A program made the position numbers and the translations under genes. Under the pieces are notes generated by a model that did not search any database, was not told the DNA's origin, and saw nothing but the letters and a program-made list of their open reading frames with translations. Shown here piece by piece: positions 35,868-45,349 of a DNA stretch of 64,000 nt (the stretch's first letter is position 1; every line of letters begins with the position of its first letter). Source of the stretch: a virus; IMG/VR virus record IMGVR_UViG_3300035676_000002, positions 1 to 64,000 of that record; one strand, given 5' to 3'.

Positions 35868-36651
35868 AAAAACTCCTAAACTGTTTCCAGCCTTCAAAAT
35901 TTGCGTATCGACTTCTATTCCCCATGCATACGGCTTGGTGCTCCAGCGGAGAAAAGTGTCCACTTTCGACTAGCCGCGCCGTAAATTCGACTTCCTCTTT
36001 AGAATCACGCTGTTCATTTTGACGCACATAACTTACTCTCGCACAACGGGCTGCGGACATTGCCGCAAGGATACTACAATGTACGTTTCCGAATTCTTCC
36101 TTCCGAATAAAGGGAAGATGCCATTCTCCCTGCTTTCGCCTTACCGGCACGCTTTCCCACCGTGCTTTCCGCATCGCATCGGCTAGCGCATGAATCTCTG
36201 GCTGTGCATCCGACTTACACCGAAGATTAAAAAAGTTATCGAACTCTGTAGCGGAAAGAATTGTTTGCACATGAGAAAAATTCTCGATTAACCGATTTGC
36301 GATTTGCTTATGCACTCCAAGTTCAGATAACTTTCTAGCCGCAGCAAGGCTAAAGTCAATTGCAGAGTACCATACTTTTCGCGCTTCGTCAACTGTTTTC
36401 TCATCCAATATCTCGTTCGCAGACATTCCTTTTCTATTTTTGCCCCACTCAATAGGCTCTGCTGGTGAGTTACGGATTGATTCAATGACTCGCTCGATAG
36501 GAATAGCACGGCTCGATGCGCTATTGCGACTAAACATTCGGTGCGTGTTTAGTTCAGCAAGAATCCATCGTGGATAGATAAGCTCAAAAGTCGTGAGGCG
36601 CGGACCATCGGAACCGGACTGAGAGTCCGCAACAATCTTAGCAGAAATCAT
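35851..36651 (-). CDS. thyX: Flavin-dependent thymidylate synthase
   Basis: ELNTHRMFSRNSASSRAIP, HKQIANR, AQPEI, ARCARVSY, HFSPLEH. Confidence 0.92.
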   Translation of the reverse strand: MISAKIVADSQSGSDGPRLTTFELIYPRWILAELNTHRMFSRNSASSRAIPIERVIESIRNSPAEPIEWGKNRKGMSANEILDEKTVDEARKVWYSAIDFSLAAARKLSELGVHKQIANRLIENFSHVQTILSATEFDNFFNLRCKSDAQPEIHALADAMRKARWESVPVRRKQGEWHLPFIRKEEFGNVHCSILAAMSAARCARVSYVRQNEQRDSKEEVEFTARLVESGHFSPLEHQAVCMGNRSRYANFEGWKQFRSFCEPES

Positions 36652-36668
36652 ACGTTCTCCTTTAGAAC

Positions 36669-36947
36669 TTATTTCTTATGTTTATCTCGATATGACTTGA
36701 ACAATCTATTTGCGGTATCGTTCCACGGCTCCTTAATGCAGCATACTCCATCAACATCATGTATAACCCCTACCGATGGGGTGAGTGTTTTTGTTTTAAG
36801 GAGTTTGCGAGCAACGCGATTAAAGCGGCGAACTTCAGCCCTGTTGCCGTTGATTAACCACGCATGAATAAACTCTAGACTTGGTTCTTCGCTATGCTGT
36901 GGCGTATTCGGCTGAGTAGATTCGCCCGTTTCCTTTTGATTTTCCAT
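36669..36947 (-). CDS. Hypothetical protein
   Basis: Operon context. Confidence 0.55.
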   Translation of the reverse strand: MENQKETGESTQPNTPQHSEEPSLEFIHAWLINGNRAEVRRFNRVARKLLKTKTLTPSVGVIHDVDGVCCIKEPWNDTANRLFKSYRDKHKK

Positions 36948-37158
36948 GATATGTTATACTTTTCTCCTTTGAATCTTCTGGAAACAACAATTTAGCCAAG
37001 TCCTCTTTGTATACCCATAATTGCAACTCTTGCTGCGGAAAAACGACACGAATTTCACCATTTTTTTCTTCTGTTGTAATAATAGCCGGTGGATAATAAC
37101 CAGACGGACCCCTGCCAAAGTACCAATTATTAACGTGTGCTCTTAGATACATTATCAT
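36892..37158 (-). CDS. Hypothetical protein
   Basis: Operon context. Confidence 0.55.
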   Translation of the reverse strand: MIMYLRAHVNNWYFGRGPSGYYPPAIITTEEKNGEIRVVFPQQELQLWVYKEDLAKLLFPEDSKEKSITYHGKSKGNGRIYSAEYATA

Positions 37159-37424
37159 TAGCAGTACAAGTATTCTAAGACCGTTTGATAGTCTGATTGA
37201 TTATCCCCATAGGGAATGTAAGCGGCGCAATGGGGGAGGGATTCACTAATATTAAACTCCACCAACATAAAACGCTCCAGCTTTTTCCTTTCGCGGCTGG
37301 GATAAAGGGAACAACAATTTTCTAAACCAAGTGATACCACTATGGATATCGTGCGTCTGGATATGTCCGAATATCCGCACCCGAAATATTCCCCTAAGTC
37401 ATTTCTATATAGAATAGGTATCAT
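37158..37424 (-). CDS. Hypothetical protein
   Basis: Operon context. Confidence 0.5.
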   Translation of the reverse strand: MIPILYRNDLGEYFGCGYSDISRRTISIVVSLGLENCCSLYPSRERKKLERFMLVEFNISESLPHCAAYIPYGDNQSDYQTVLEYLYC

Positions 37425-37441
37425 CTGTCAACTACTGTAGT

Positions 37442-38059
37442 CTATTTTTTGTTTCTTGGCAAGCTCTCTACCATAATCTCTAACAGTATTCTCCTATACT
37501 CCGACGAGCCATATATAAATGGCTCAACGTCAGGGGAAAGGAGAAGGCTGGCTATATCCATGCCGCGAACATTGGGAATAGTTCCCTTAAATGACTCTAG
37601 TTTAGCTACTTCCTTCAAAAGTATGGTAATTTCTGTTTTAATTTGCTGAACATACTTTTCGGCTGGAGATTGGCGGTACTGCGTTAAGATATTGCCAACT
37701 CTCCGGTATCGCTGAGAAATAATGATTGCGCTTTGCATCCATTCTTTTTGTTTCGGAGTTAGAATTTGTGGTCGCGCCGGGAGAACATTGGCATTATTTG
37801 TAAGAATTTGTAATGCGCTAGGAAATGGGCAATTGTTGATGGACTGAATAAGATTAATTACATCGCCCCCCTGCTGGCATCCGTAACAGAACCACGTATT
37901 TGTTCCCGTATAGACATAGAACGACGGCGTGCGCTCCTCATGCAATGGACACTTCCCGCGAAGATTTGATCCAATTTTCTTAAGTTGAGTATATTTTTCT
38001 GCAATATCTTCGACGCGGTAGCGAGTTTTTACATCATCAATCGTGAGTTCCATTGGCAC
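37442..38059 (-). CDS. DnaG-type CHC2 zinc-finger protein lacking the TOPRIM domain
   Basis: CPLHEERTPSF...WFCYGCQQGGDVI. Confidence 0.85.
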   Translation of the reverse strand: MPMELTIDDVKTRYRVEDIAEKYTQLKKIGSNLRGKCPLHEERTPSFYVYTGTNTWFCYGCQQGGDVINLIQSINNCPFPSALQILTNNANVLPARPQILTPKQKEWMQSAIIISQRYRRVGNILTQYRQSPAEKYVQQIKTEITILLKEVAKLESFKGTIPNVRGMDIASLLLSPDVEPFIYGSSEYRRILLEIMVESLPRNKK

Positions 38060-38228
38060 TCATCTTAGCAAGGCTAGGGGGCATTGTCAACACCGCTTTT
38101 CTCCGTACTGCATGGCAAGGACAGATACACCATTTCTTTGCAACGAAATGTGGAGGACATTTTTCATGTAAGTCCATACAGCAATATCCACTCATAGGCC
38201 ACGGACGATTTTTCTCCCCGACTGCCAT
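38037..38228 (-). CDS. Small Cys/His-rich protein
   Basis: CCMDLHEKC...CICPCH; RBS GAGGAG. Confidence 0.6.
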   Translation of the reverse strand: MAVGEKNRPWPMSGYCCMDLHEKCPPHFVAKKWCICPCHAVRRKAVLTMPPSLAKMSANGTHD

Positions 38229-38258
38229 TACATCTCCTCTTTCTTCTCCTCTTTAAAA

Positions 38259-38334
38259 TGGGGTGACGGGGAAGATTTGAACTCCCATATACCGGAGCCA
38301 CAATCCGGCGCTTTGCCAGTTAAGCTACCGCCAC
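38259..38334 (-). tRNA. tRNA-His(GTG), CCA encoded
   Basis: GTGGCGG/CCGTCAC acceptor, CCGGA-TTGTGGC-TCCGG anticodon arm, C73. Confidence 0.92.
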
Positions 38335-38340
38335 AAATAA

Positions 38341-38412
38341 CTCCCAAGGTACGAATCGAACGTACATTTTCACGGTTAACAGCCGTGCGCTTTGCCCTTA
38401 AGCTACTTGGGA
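38341..38412 (-). tRNA. tRNA-Asn(GTT)
   Basis: TCCCAAG/CTTGGGA acceptor, CACGG-CTGTTAA-CCGTG, G73. Confidence 0.92.
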
Positions 38413-38415
38413 AAG

Positions 38416-38497
38416 TGGGGAAGGATGGATTTGAACCACCGAAGCCGAAGCGGCAGATTTACAGTCTGCTGGTATTACCGGACTAACCGACTTCCCC
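38416..38497 (-). tRNA. tRNA-Tyr(GTA)
   Basis: GGGGAAG/CTTCCCC acceptor, GCAGA-CTGTAAA-TCTGC, long variable arm. Confidence 0.92.
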
Positions 38498-38534
38498 AAG
38501 CCTACGAAACTGCGAGCGAAACTTTATCCCAAAA

Positions 38535-38603
38535 GTGGGAAATGCTGAGTCGAACAGCCTCGATGTGGGTCGAAAACCCCTATCTCTTGCACCGGCTTTC
38601 CCA
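38535..38603 (-). pseudogene. Degenerate tRNA-like element (possible Glu TTC)
   Basis: TGGGAAA/TTTCCCA stem, GCTG-TTCGACT-CAGC T arm, GGG-TTTTCGA-CCC arm; no D arm. Confidence 0.45.
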
Positions 38604-38607
38604 TCTC

Positions 38608-39147
38608 TTACCGCCAAACCCACCATAACCACCCCGGCTTATTTGGCTTTGGCTTTTTAGTCCTAGTTGGAACTGCTGTTGCGGTAGGCGTTTGCGTTGG
38701 CGTTTTAGTTGCCGTAGCCGTCGCTGTCGCAGTATCCGTAGCCGTGGCTGTTGCCGTAGCCGTAGCTGTAGGAGTCCGAGTAACACAGACCATCTTATTT
38801 GATGGATCAGAACAGGCATCTTGGTTACACGCAAGCAACCAAAATTGCCCAAGCGGTAAAGCTGCCATTGGATGCTCAAATGCTACAAAACCTACGTGCG
38901 GAGTTGGATTTGGGATAGGGGTACACTCCGCAACCGCCCACTCTGGTTGAGGATTCCCGTCAATAAAAAGTTGCCAATAATCCACAATACCCATATCCGA
39001 CGCAGATTGCTCCCATGCTACCGTTGTCAAGTCCGTACAATCTTTAAGAGTAGGCGAACCTGTTGGGATTGGAACTTGAGCAAAAGTGCTAGGCGCAACA
39101 CTCAATAATCCTGCTGTTACTAATCCATAGGCAGATTTCTTTTTCAT
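38608..39147 (-). CDS. Secreted protein with Pro/Thr linker and Trp-rich C-terminus
   Basis: MKKKSAYGLVTAGLLSVAPSTFA signal peptide; TATATAT/TPT run; RBS AGGAG. Confidence 0.75.
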   Translation of the reverse strand: MKKKSAYGLVTAGLLSVAPSTFAQVPIPTGSPTLKDCTDLTTVAWEQSASDMGIVDYWQLFIDGNPQPEWAVAECTPIPNPTPHVGFVAFEHPMAALPLGQFWLLACNQDACSDPSNKMVCVTRTPTATATATATATDTATATATATKTPTQTPTATAVPTRTKKPKPNKPGWLWWVWR

Positions 39148-39164
39148 TTCTCTTCTCCTGTTAA

Positions 39165-39300
39165 AGCGCCGGGGCTGGACGGGCTTCATTGGTTAAGAGC
39201 CTCCGAGATTCCCGGCCACTCCTAACCTCCACCCGTCCATAAACCCCTCTCTGGCGTTCCCATGCATGGTAGGCATCGGCTCAATCGTCCTAGCCCGAAC
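39165..39300 (-). ncRNA. Candidate structured RNA/leader
   Basis: Directly below promoter TTGACA-N17-TATGGT (39314-39342); long-range pairings visible. Confidence 0.4.
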
Positions 39301-39350
39301 GTCAGATGGTCTTACCATAGCACGCCATTACCACCGTGTCAAGCTATAAG

Positions 39351-39383
39351 TTATCCACAACATAGTGAGGAGGGTTATCCACA
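39351..39383 (+). promoter_or_regulatory. Two DnaA boxes
   Basis: TTATCCACA at 39351 and 39375. Confidence 0.65.
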
Positions 39384-39406
39384 GGACGACTTCGTGCATG
39401 GTTTTA

Positions 39407-40342
39407 CTAAAGATCAGATAAAGAATCTAATAGGAAATACGAGTTAGCAATCTTGTACCGCTTTGCCACGATATGCGGGATGTACCCAGCAACTTCTACA
39501 AGCATTCCGTGTTCCTTTGCCTTACGGATATACTTACTCACGCACATTTGGGATACCCCTAGGTCTTTAGCAAACGACTTCTGCGAAATAAAAAGCTCCC
39601 CATTGCTCGCCGCTGTGTTATTACAATACATAAGAAATTTTTGATAAGTTGAGAGTATTCCAGTATCGAGCGGAAGGCTGGTGGAAATCTCGCTCGTAAT
39701 AGCCCCGTATTGCTCCACAATTGCCCTAGGAGCGACGATCTTGGTCCTATTGGCACGATGGTCTACCCTTGGATGCAATCGCCCATCGTGCAGGAAGGTC
39801 AGGGGCGGTCTTTCAATATACTCATAGGCTAATTCAAGGAATTTTTTTATATGATTAAGTGTAATAGTAGGCAAATGATTCGGTGTGCAGTCGATAATGG
39901 AATCGTAAGGATATTCATACGGCACTCCGGTAACGGGATTGGTGCCAAACGAAGCAATTTGCCTATCGTTCCATCCGACAAGAATATTTCCCCAATTAAG
40001 CGAAGTAAGGCGACACGCGGAATAGAACCATGTAGAATGTGGAAACCGGGAATTCCGAACCACGCGAGTCTCTGGAAAAACCTCTTTAGCAATTTCGTAT
40101 AAAACAATTGCTCGCCCTGTATCAGATTCGTTGAAATCAATTGCTGCAACGCCGGACGCCGCCCCTGTAACGATGCCTACATTTGATCCAGAGTAATCAT
40201 GTGACCATTGCTGCACTTCTGTCAGATAAGGAAACCGTCGCTTGAACGACTTCCACTTGACATGGGGATACTTTCCTGCTAAGGGAATGGGTATCCAGCC
40301 ACGATTCAGCAGAGGAATGGACAAGGTTTCAAATGTCTGCAT
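39407..40342 (-). CDS. Bifunctional primase/polymerase (Prim-Pol) N-terminal domain plus C-terminal wHTH
   Basis: GWIPIPL.GK.P.VKW, NVGIVTG.ASG; ISQKSFAKDLGVSQMCVSKYI HTH. Confidence 0.75.
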   Translation of the reverse strand: MQTFETLSIPLLNRGWIPIPLAGKYPHVKWKSFKRRFPYLTEVQQWSHDYSGSNVGIVTGAASGVAAIDFNESDTGRAIVLYEIAKEVFPETRVVRNSRFPHSTWFYSACRLTSLNWGNILVGWNDRQIASFGTNPVTGVPYEYPYDSIIDCTPNHLPTITLNHIKKFLELAYEYIERPPLTFLHDGRLHPRVDHRANRTKIVAPRAIVEQYGAITSEISTSLPLDTGILSTYQKFLMYCNNTAASNGELFISQKSFAKDLGVSQMCVSKYIRKAKEHGMLVEVAGYIPHIVAKRYKIANSYFLLDSLSDL

Positions 40343-40348
40343 ACCGAA

Positions 40349-40456
40349 AGCATATCAGACGACTTGCTCCTAGTCAACAGGAAAGGGGAAAATTGCCCCA
40401 CGTCGCAAAGAAAAAGCAAGTTGCCCATTGACAATGGCAAATGGACGTGCTAGAGT
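40349..40456. promoter_or_regulatory. Divergent sigma70 promoters
   Basis: Minus TTGACT-N17-TATGCT (40349-40377); plus TTGACA-N17-TAGAGT (40428-40456). Confidence 0.75.
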
Positions 40457-40480
40457 ATTTAAAGAACAAAGGAGGAACGT

Positions 40481-41245
40481 ATGAAGATTTTCATTGTTGA
40501 AAAACAGCCCGATCCGATTGTCCACACCAAAAAGAACACGTCGGGTAAGGGGCCGGAGAATTGGGTCAATACGACCTTTCTCTTCCAGCAGGACAAGGAC
40601 GGTCCCGTTCTTTCCGCATGGTGTAGGGACGATAAGAAGGAATTCATTAAGGAAAACTTCGGGAAGGAAATCGAAGTTGAAAGCGTGAAGGAAAACGCGC
40701 AGTTCAATAACTGGATTGTGAATTTTCCGAAGGCGAGTGGCGGGAAGCCCTTTACTCCGTATGCCAAGACGGGCGGGTACGATAACTACCGTGGCGATAC
40801 CCATACCATGCTGGAATATGTTAAGCTGGTTACGGAGACATACGATACGTTCTTCGATCATGTCGTTTCTAAGGTCGCCAGTTCGCCCATCTCCATTGAC
40901 GATGTTACGTATAACATCATGGAAACCGCACAGCAGTTGACCGTTCAAGCGATCATTGCCGTGCAGAAGAATATGGTGCATTTCGCCATTGGCGATAAGC
41001 AACCGGATGAAGGCGCACGGCTTATCGTTGCCGCTATTCTCCAGCGTGTCGCCAAGCATAACGACGGGACACGCAAGCTTACCACGCAAGAAATTGACAC
41101 CTTTCTTGGTAAGGTGCGCGAGTCGGACAAGTTGACCGTTGCACAGAAAACCTCACTACAGGCAGAACTTGTTGCGCTCAAAGGACAATCGAGCCAGCTT
41201 GAAGAAATTATCGAAGAACACGAACTACCGGAAGGAGAAGAATAA
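40481..41245 (+). CDS. Hypothetical replication/recombination protein
   Basis: Strong RBS AAGGAGG; first gene of the ssb-sbcDC operon; acidic tail. Confidence 0.75.
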   Translation: MKIFIVEKQPDPIVHTKKNTSGKGPENWVNTTFLFQQDKDGPVLSAWCRDDKKEFIKENFGKEIEVESVKENAQFNNWIVNFPKASGGKPFTPYAKTGGYDNYRGDTHTMLEYVKLVTETYDTFFDHVVSKVASSPISIDDVTYNIMETAQQLTVQAIIAVQKNMVHFAIGDKQPDEGARLIVAAILQRVAKHNDGTRKLTTQEIDTFLGKVRESDKLTVAQKTSLQAELVALKGQSSQLEEIIEEHELPEGEE

Positions 41246-41613
41246 TGAACGTACATTTGCTTTGCGGAAAAGTCGAAACGGGATCAGTAAAGCGAATCGC
41301 CGGTTTCGATGCGATTAAGTTTACCCTCATCACGAAGGGACGAAAATTCCCTATTAAGTGGAAGGTATGCCTATGGGATACTACCCTTGAGCCAGCGGAC
41401 CTAGATAGTCAGTTGGTATTTGTAAAGGGCGCAGTCGTTATTCGTGGATACGTGAAGGGTGACGGAACGAAGGCGTACTCTACCGAAACGCACGTATCAG
41501 GCAAGCAGTCCGACTCTATCGAGATCATTGGTGACGGTGGTAAGGCCGAAATCGCCCCGCCAGATGATGAGCCTCCTGCTTCACTCGAAACTGACGATGA
41601 TATTCCGTTCTAA
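41245..41613 (+). CDS. ssb: Single-stranded DNA-binding protein
   Basis: OB-fold pattern and C-terminal DDDIPF. Confidence 0.8.
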   Translation: MNVHLLCGKVETGSVKRIAGFDAIKFTLITKGRKFPIKWKVCLWDTTLEPADLDSQLVFVKGAVVIRGYVKGDGTKAYSTETHVSGKQSDSIEIIGDGGKAEIAPPDDEPPASLETDDDIPF

Positions 41614-41615
41614 AT

Positions 41616-42842
41616 ATGAACCTTGAAGTAAAAACATCTGTCGGTAAATATGTCAGAATTGCACATATTTCTGACATACATCTCATGGAGCATACTCGGC
41701 TTGCTCTTTCAGTAAATGCCTTAAGTGAAATAGCCGTAGACGTGCGAAAGCGCATGGTGGATTTTATAGTCCTTACCGGAGACTTTTCCGGTAGGGACGC
41801 TCCACATAGGCTTACCAACAGCGAACGGGTTTCTTTTGCTGGATTCGTTAGAGCATTATCAGACGTAGCCCCGGTTATTATTATTCGTGGAAACCACGAT
41901 TCATTAGGGGAGTTACGTCTATTTGAGAAATGCAGGGGAGAAAATCCCGTAAGCGTCTTTGACCACCATAAGGGAATTCTTCATCTTTTAACCTCGCATA
42001 ATATTGGTATAAATTTCATAGCTGTCCCGTGGATGCCTATGCGAACATTGGGCGACGATCTAACTCGCCTAACAGTACAGGACGCAATTCCAATCGCAAC
42101 AGAACGTATTGCTGAATTTATTAACGAAGAAATAGATAAGGAAGAATATAATGTCGTCCTCATGCACGGGACCGTCGAAGGGTCAGCATACTCCACTAAT
42201 GACGGGCGGTTTGAAATTAGTTCTCCAAGGGATATTATTTTTCCTCGTAATTGGTTTCTTCAGTTTCCAGATGTTGACTACTTTGCGCTTGGGCATCTCC
42301 ACGTTCGCCAGCAAGTGCTTCCGAATGTCTGGTATGCAGGTTCGCCGTATCCGGTTGACTATTCGGAAAAGATTCCAAAGGGATACCTGATTGTCGATAT
42401 CGAGAAAGGAAGCGAGCCAAGGGTCAGGGAAGTCGATATTGATTCTTGGCAGATGCTTACTGTCGAAGGGGAATGGCACGCAGAATCTACTGGTGATGAA
42501 GGTGTGTGGAAGATACATCCCCTTAAAGGTCTAGGGCGTAAGGAGCTAGATAATACCTATGTTAAGTTGCGCGTGCTTATTCCAGAACATTGCGACCATA
42601 CGACTATTGATTTCGCTTCTATTCAATCAAAAATCCTGATGAATGGCGGATTCTTTTCTTTAGATGACGTGCAGATTAAGCGATACCGCGATAGAAAAGA
42701 AGTATCCTATGACATTCTCTTGAAGGAGACTATTCAAGAGAAGATTGCACACTATTGTAAAGAAAAAGAATATTCGCCAGAGACAGTAAATCAACTGTTA
42801 CAAAGACTTGAGGAAATCAATGAGCACAGAACAGCCGCATGA
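41616..42842 (+). CDS. sbcD: SbcD/Mre11 nuclease subunit
   Basis: HISDIH, TGD, GNHD, MHG, LGHLH, YAGS. Confidence 0.9.
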   Translation: MNLEVKTSVGKYVRIAHISDIHLMEHTRLALSVNALSEIAVDVRKRMVDFIVLTGDFSGRDAPHRLTNSERVSFAGFVRALSDVAPVIIIRGNHDSLGELRLFEKCRGENPVSVFDHHKGILHLLTSHNIGINFIAVPWMPMRTLGDDLTRLTVQDAIPIATERIAEFINEEIDKEEYNVVLMHGTVEGSAYSTNDGRFEISSPRDIIFPRNWFLQFPDVDYFALGHLHVRQQVLPNVWYAGSPYPVDYSEKIPKGYLIVDIEKGSEPRVREVDIDSWQMLTVEGEWHAESTGDEGVWKIHPLKGLGRKELDNTYVKLRVLIPEHCDHTTIDFASIQSKILMNGGFFSLDDVQIKRYRDRKEVSYDILLKETIQEKIAHYCKEKEYSPETVNQLLQRLEEINEHRTAA

Positions 42843-43245
42843 GCACGAAGTTTCCAGCCTTATACCATATTTTCAAGACGGAATATACCATAGTTCGCTT
42901 CTTCCCGTAGAGCGCCTGTGGGCTGAAGTTCTTATTGATGCTCTAGAAGAAGTAGCAATGATTAGTAGGGAGCCTCAACGAAAGATTAGCTGGAAAATGT
43001 GGAATGAGGCGCGTCGATGGATCATGTCTAAAGATACGGAATGGGTTGGAAGCTTTAATAGGATCGTACAAGCAATTCATCACGATCCAGATGTAATACG
43101 AAAAAAAATACTAGAATTTCGATGCGAGTGTTGTGGCGTCCTAGTGATGGAAGAACCATGTCAGCGTATCGTTAAACCAAGGAGAACTCGCCGTGCGAAT
43201 AGTCTCTCTCGCTGTGAACGGTCTTGGGAACTTAAAAAAGGTTAA
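42820..43245 (+). CDS. Helical hypothetical protein (RLxxAVLxDA...EAxxW...SF family)
   Basis: ERLWAEVLIDALEE...EARRWIMSKD..WVGSFNRI...DPDVIRKK. Confidence 0.7.
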   Translation: MSTEQPHEHEVSSLIPYFQDGIYHSSLLPVERLWAEVLIDALEEVAMISREPQRKISWKMWNEARRWIMSKDTEWVGSFNRIVQAIHHDPDVIRKKILEFRCECCGVLVMEEPCQRIVKPRRTRRANSLSRCERSWELKKG

Positions 43246-45349
43246 TATTGACTTTGATGCGCTTGGACCAGCAACGATTGCCCTAGCTGGCCCGAACGGT
43301 TCTGGCAAGACTACCCTCCTCTCTGCTATGCTCCCGGCAGCATTGTATAGGACTATCCCGTTCTATAACGTACTGGTACAGGAGCACTTTTCTGATGAAG
43401 GGGGAACCATTAATCCCACCTACGAATGGAATGGGAAGCGATACGAGATTGTCATTCGTGGCAAATATAAGGATACGCCACAGTGCTATCTTTACGAGAA
43501 CGATACGTGCCTTGCGGGACCAGCCGTGCGCGATTTTGACAATGCCATTGCTGAAGTATTCCCTCCCAAGGCAAGCATCCTCGCTTCTCTTTTCGCATCA
43601 CAGGATGATGTTTTTGGATTTTTCACGATGGATCAGAAGGTGAGGAATCAGGTCTTTTCTCACTTGCTTGGCCTTGATGAGTACGATGGATATATCGCCG
43701 CTATGGCAGATATTAAGAAGGCGATGAAATTGCAGCTTGCGGAAAAGGTGAAGTCGCTTGAAGTGTTCTCGCAGATGAAAGTTCCCTCAATCGAGGAACT
43801 TAAGTTGTCCATTAGCCAATATGAAGTCAGTATCAAAGAAAAAGAAGAAAAGTTAAATACCAAGCATGGGGAACTTTCCGAGGTAAACAATAAGATTCTA
43901 GAGGCGTCTATCAAGTATAATACCGATGGAATTAAGGCGCAGCAAGATAGGAAGAGAGAAACGCAAGAAGCCTTTAATAAGGTCGCCACGAAAATACTAG
44001 ACCTTGAATCTAAAAAGCGTGAGATTGAGGCAACGGAATACGCGGTTCAATTCACGAATATCGAGAACTACATTGAGCAAATTGAATCAACCCTATCGGG
44101 ACATAGGAATAGTCTCCTGACAACAAATGGACTGATTGAAACCGCACAGGGATTTCTCAACCAAGCCTATGCCAAGCTAGAAAGGGAATGGAGAACCGTA
44201 GATAGGGCATATCAGCAATTTGCACTTGAGTCGCTGCGGCAAAAAGATACGCTCGCCAAGGTCAATTCTATGCAGGTCCATGAAGTCTGCATACCATGCC
44301 CCCTCTTTCGTGATGCCAGTGATATGCGAAAGCGGGTAATGGAACTTGAAAATGAATATTACGGATTAGTTCGTATGTACGATCTTCTCTGTGAGGAGCT
44401 TATTGGCACGCTTCCCACGGGAGGGGAAATCTTTATCCTGCAAAAAGAAGTAGAAACGGTAACGAAGTACATTGCCCAATTAGAACAGTCGCTTATAAGG
44501 CATCTCTCAATTAAGAAAACAAACGATGTATTAAGACAACTGACGCAAGACATACACGCTCTTGAAAGTGAATTATTTGCTTATGAAAAGCGGCTTAAGG
44601 AAATTGGGGCAATAGAAGAAGATTTCCAAAAAACACAAAGCGAATACGCGAAGGCATCTGTCAATCTTACTTTATGTCGGGATAAGATTATTAGAGAAGT
44701 AGCAGATATAGAAGCCGATATCCAGCGTGAGCGACATGAGCATGGTAAATTAGTAGGACAACTCGATGGAGCACAGAACCATAATCAGGTCGTTGATGCC
44801 TTAAATAAAGACATAGCTAAGATTAGTGGAATGATCGGGCTTGATAATCTTCTTGATGGGGCTTTTAAGCATTGCCGGAGACAGAGTATCCAGCAAATGT
44901 GCCCTAGCATCCAAGACCAATGCAACGAATTCTTAAAGAACTATCAACGTGGAAGATTCAGCGTAACCCTACGGACAGAATCGAAACGTGCGGCATCCGA
45001 TACCATGAAAGAGGACTTCTCTCCTATTATCCATGATATCTTTGCCCAGAAGGACAGGAAGAACGTATCTGGCGGCGAACAGGCGGTACTGGCAGAGGCG
45101 CTTCGTATGGCGTTTTCCATTGTGCAATCTAGCCGCTTTGGGCTTGCGAAGGGTACGCTGATAAGGGATGAAGTCGTATCACATATTGATAATGATAACC
45201 TAGAAATTTACATGAATATCCTTCGATCTAGTATCCAGAACGAATATTTTCACCAGATCGTATTCGTATCTCACTTGCTTCACCTTGTCGATCAGGCAGA
45301 CGTTGCCATTATTATGAGCAACGGGAAGGTTGAGGAAATCAGGGCATGA
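43193..45349 (+). CDS. sbcC: SbcC/Rad50 SMC-like ATPase
   Basis: GPNGSGKT, coiled coils with CIPC hook, SGGE signature, IRDE Walker B, VSH. Confidence 0.92.
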   Translation: MRIVSLAVNGLGNLKKVNIDFDALGPATIALAGPNGSGKTTLLSAMLPAALYRTIPFYNVLVQEHFSDEGGTINPTYEWNGKRYEIVIRGKYKDTPQCYLYENDTCLAGPAVRDFDNAIAEVFPPKASILASLFASQDDVFGFFTMDQKVRNQVFSHLLGLDEYDGYIAAMADIKKAMKLQLAEKVKSLEVFSQMKVPSIEELKLSISQYEVSIKEKEEKLNTKHGELSEVNNKILEASIKYNTDGIKAQQDRKRETQEAFNKVATKILDLESKKREIEATEYAVQFTNIENYIEQIESTLSGHRNSLLTTNGLIETAQGFLNQAYAKLEREWRTVDRAYQQFALESLRQKDTLAKVNSMQVHEVCIPCPLFRDASDMRKRVMELENEYYGLVRMYDLLCEELIGTLPTGGEIFILQKEVETVTKYIAQLEQSLIRHLSIKKTNDVLRQLTQDIHALESELFAYEKRLKEIGAIEEDFQKTQSEYAKASVNLTLCRDKIIREVADIEADIQRERHEHGKLVGQLDGAQNHNQVVDALNKDIAKISGMIGLDNLLDGAFKHCRRQSIQQMCPSIQDQCNEFLKNYQRGRFSVTLRTESKRAASDTMKEDFSPIIHDIFAQKDRKNVSGGEQAVLAEALRMAFSIVQSSRFGLAKGTLIRDEVVSHIDNDNLEIYMNILRSSIQNEYFHQIVFVSHLLHLVDQADVAIIMSNGKVEEIRA

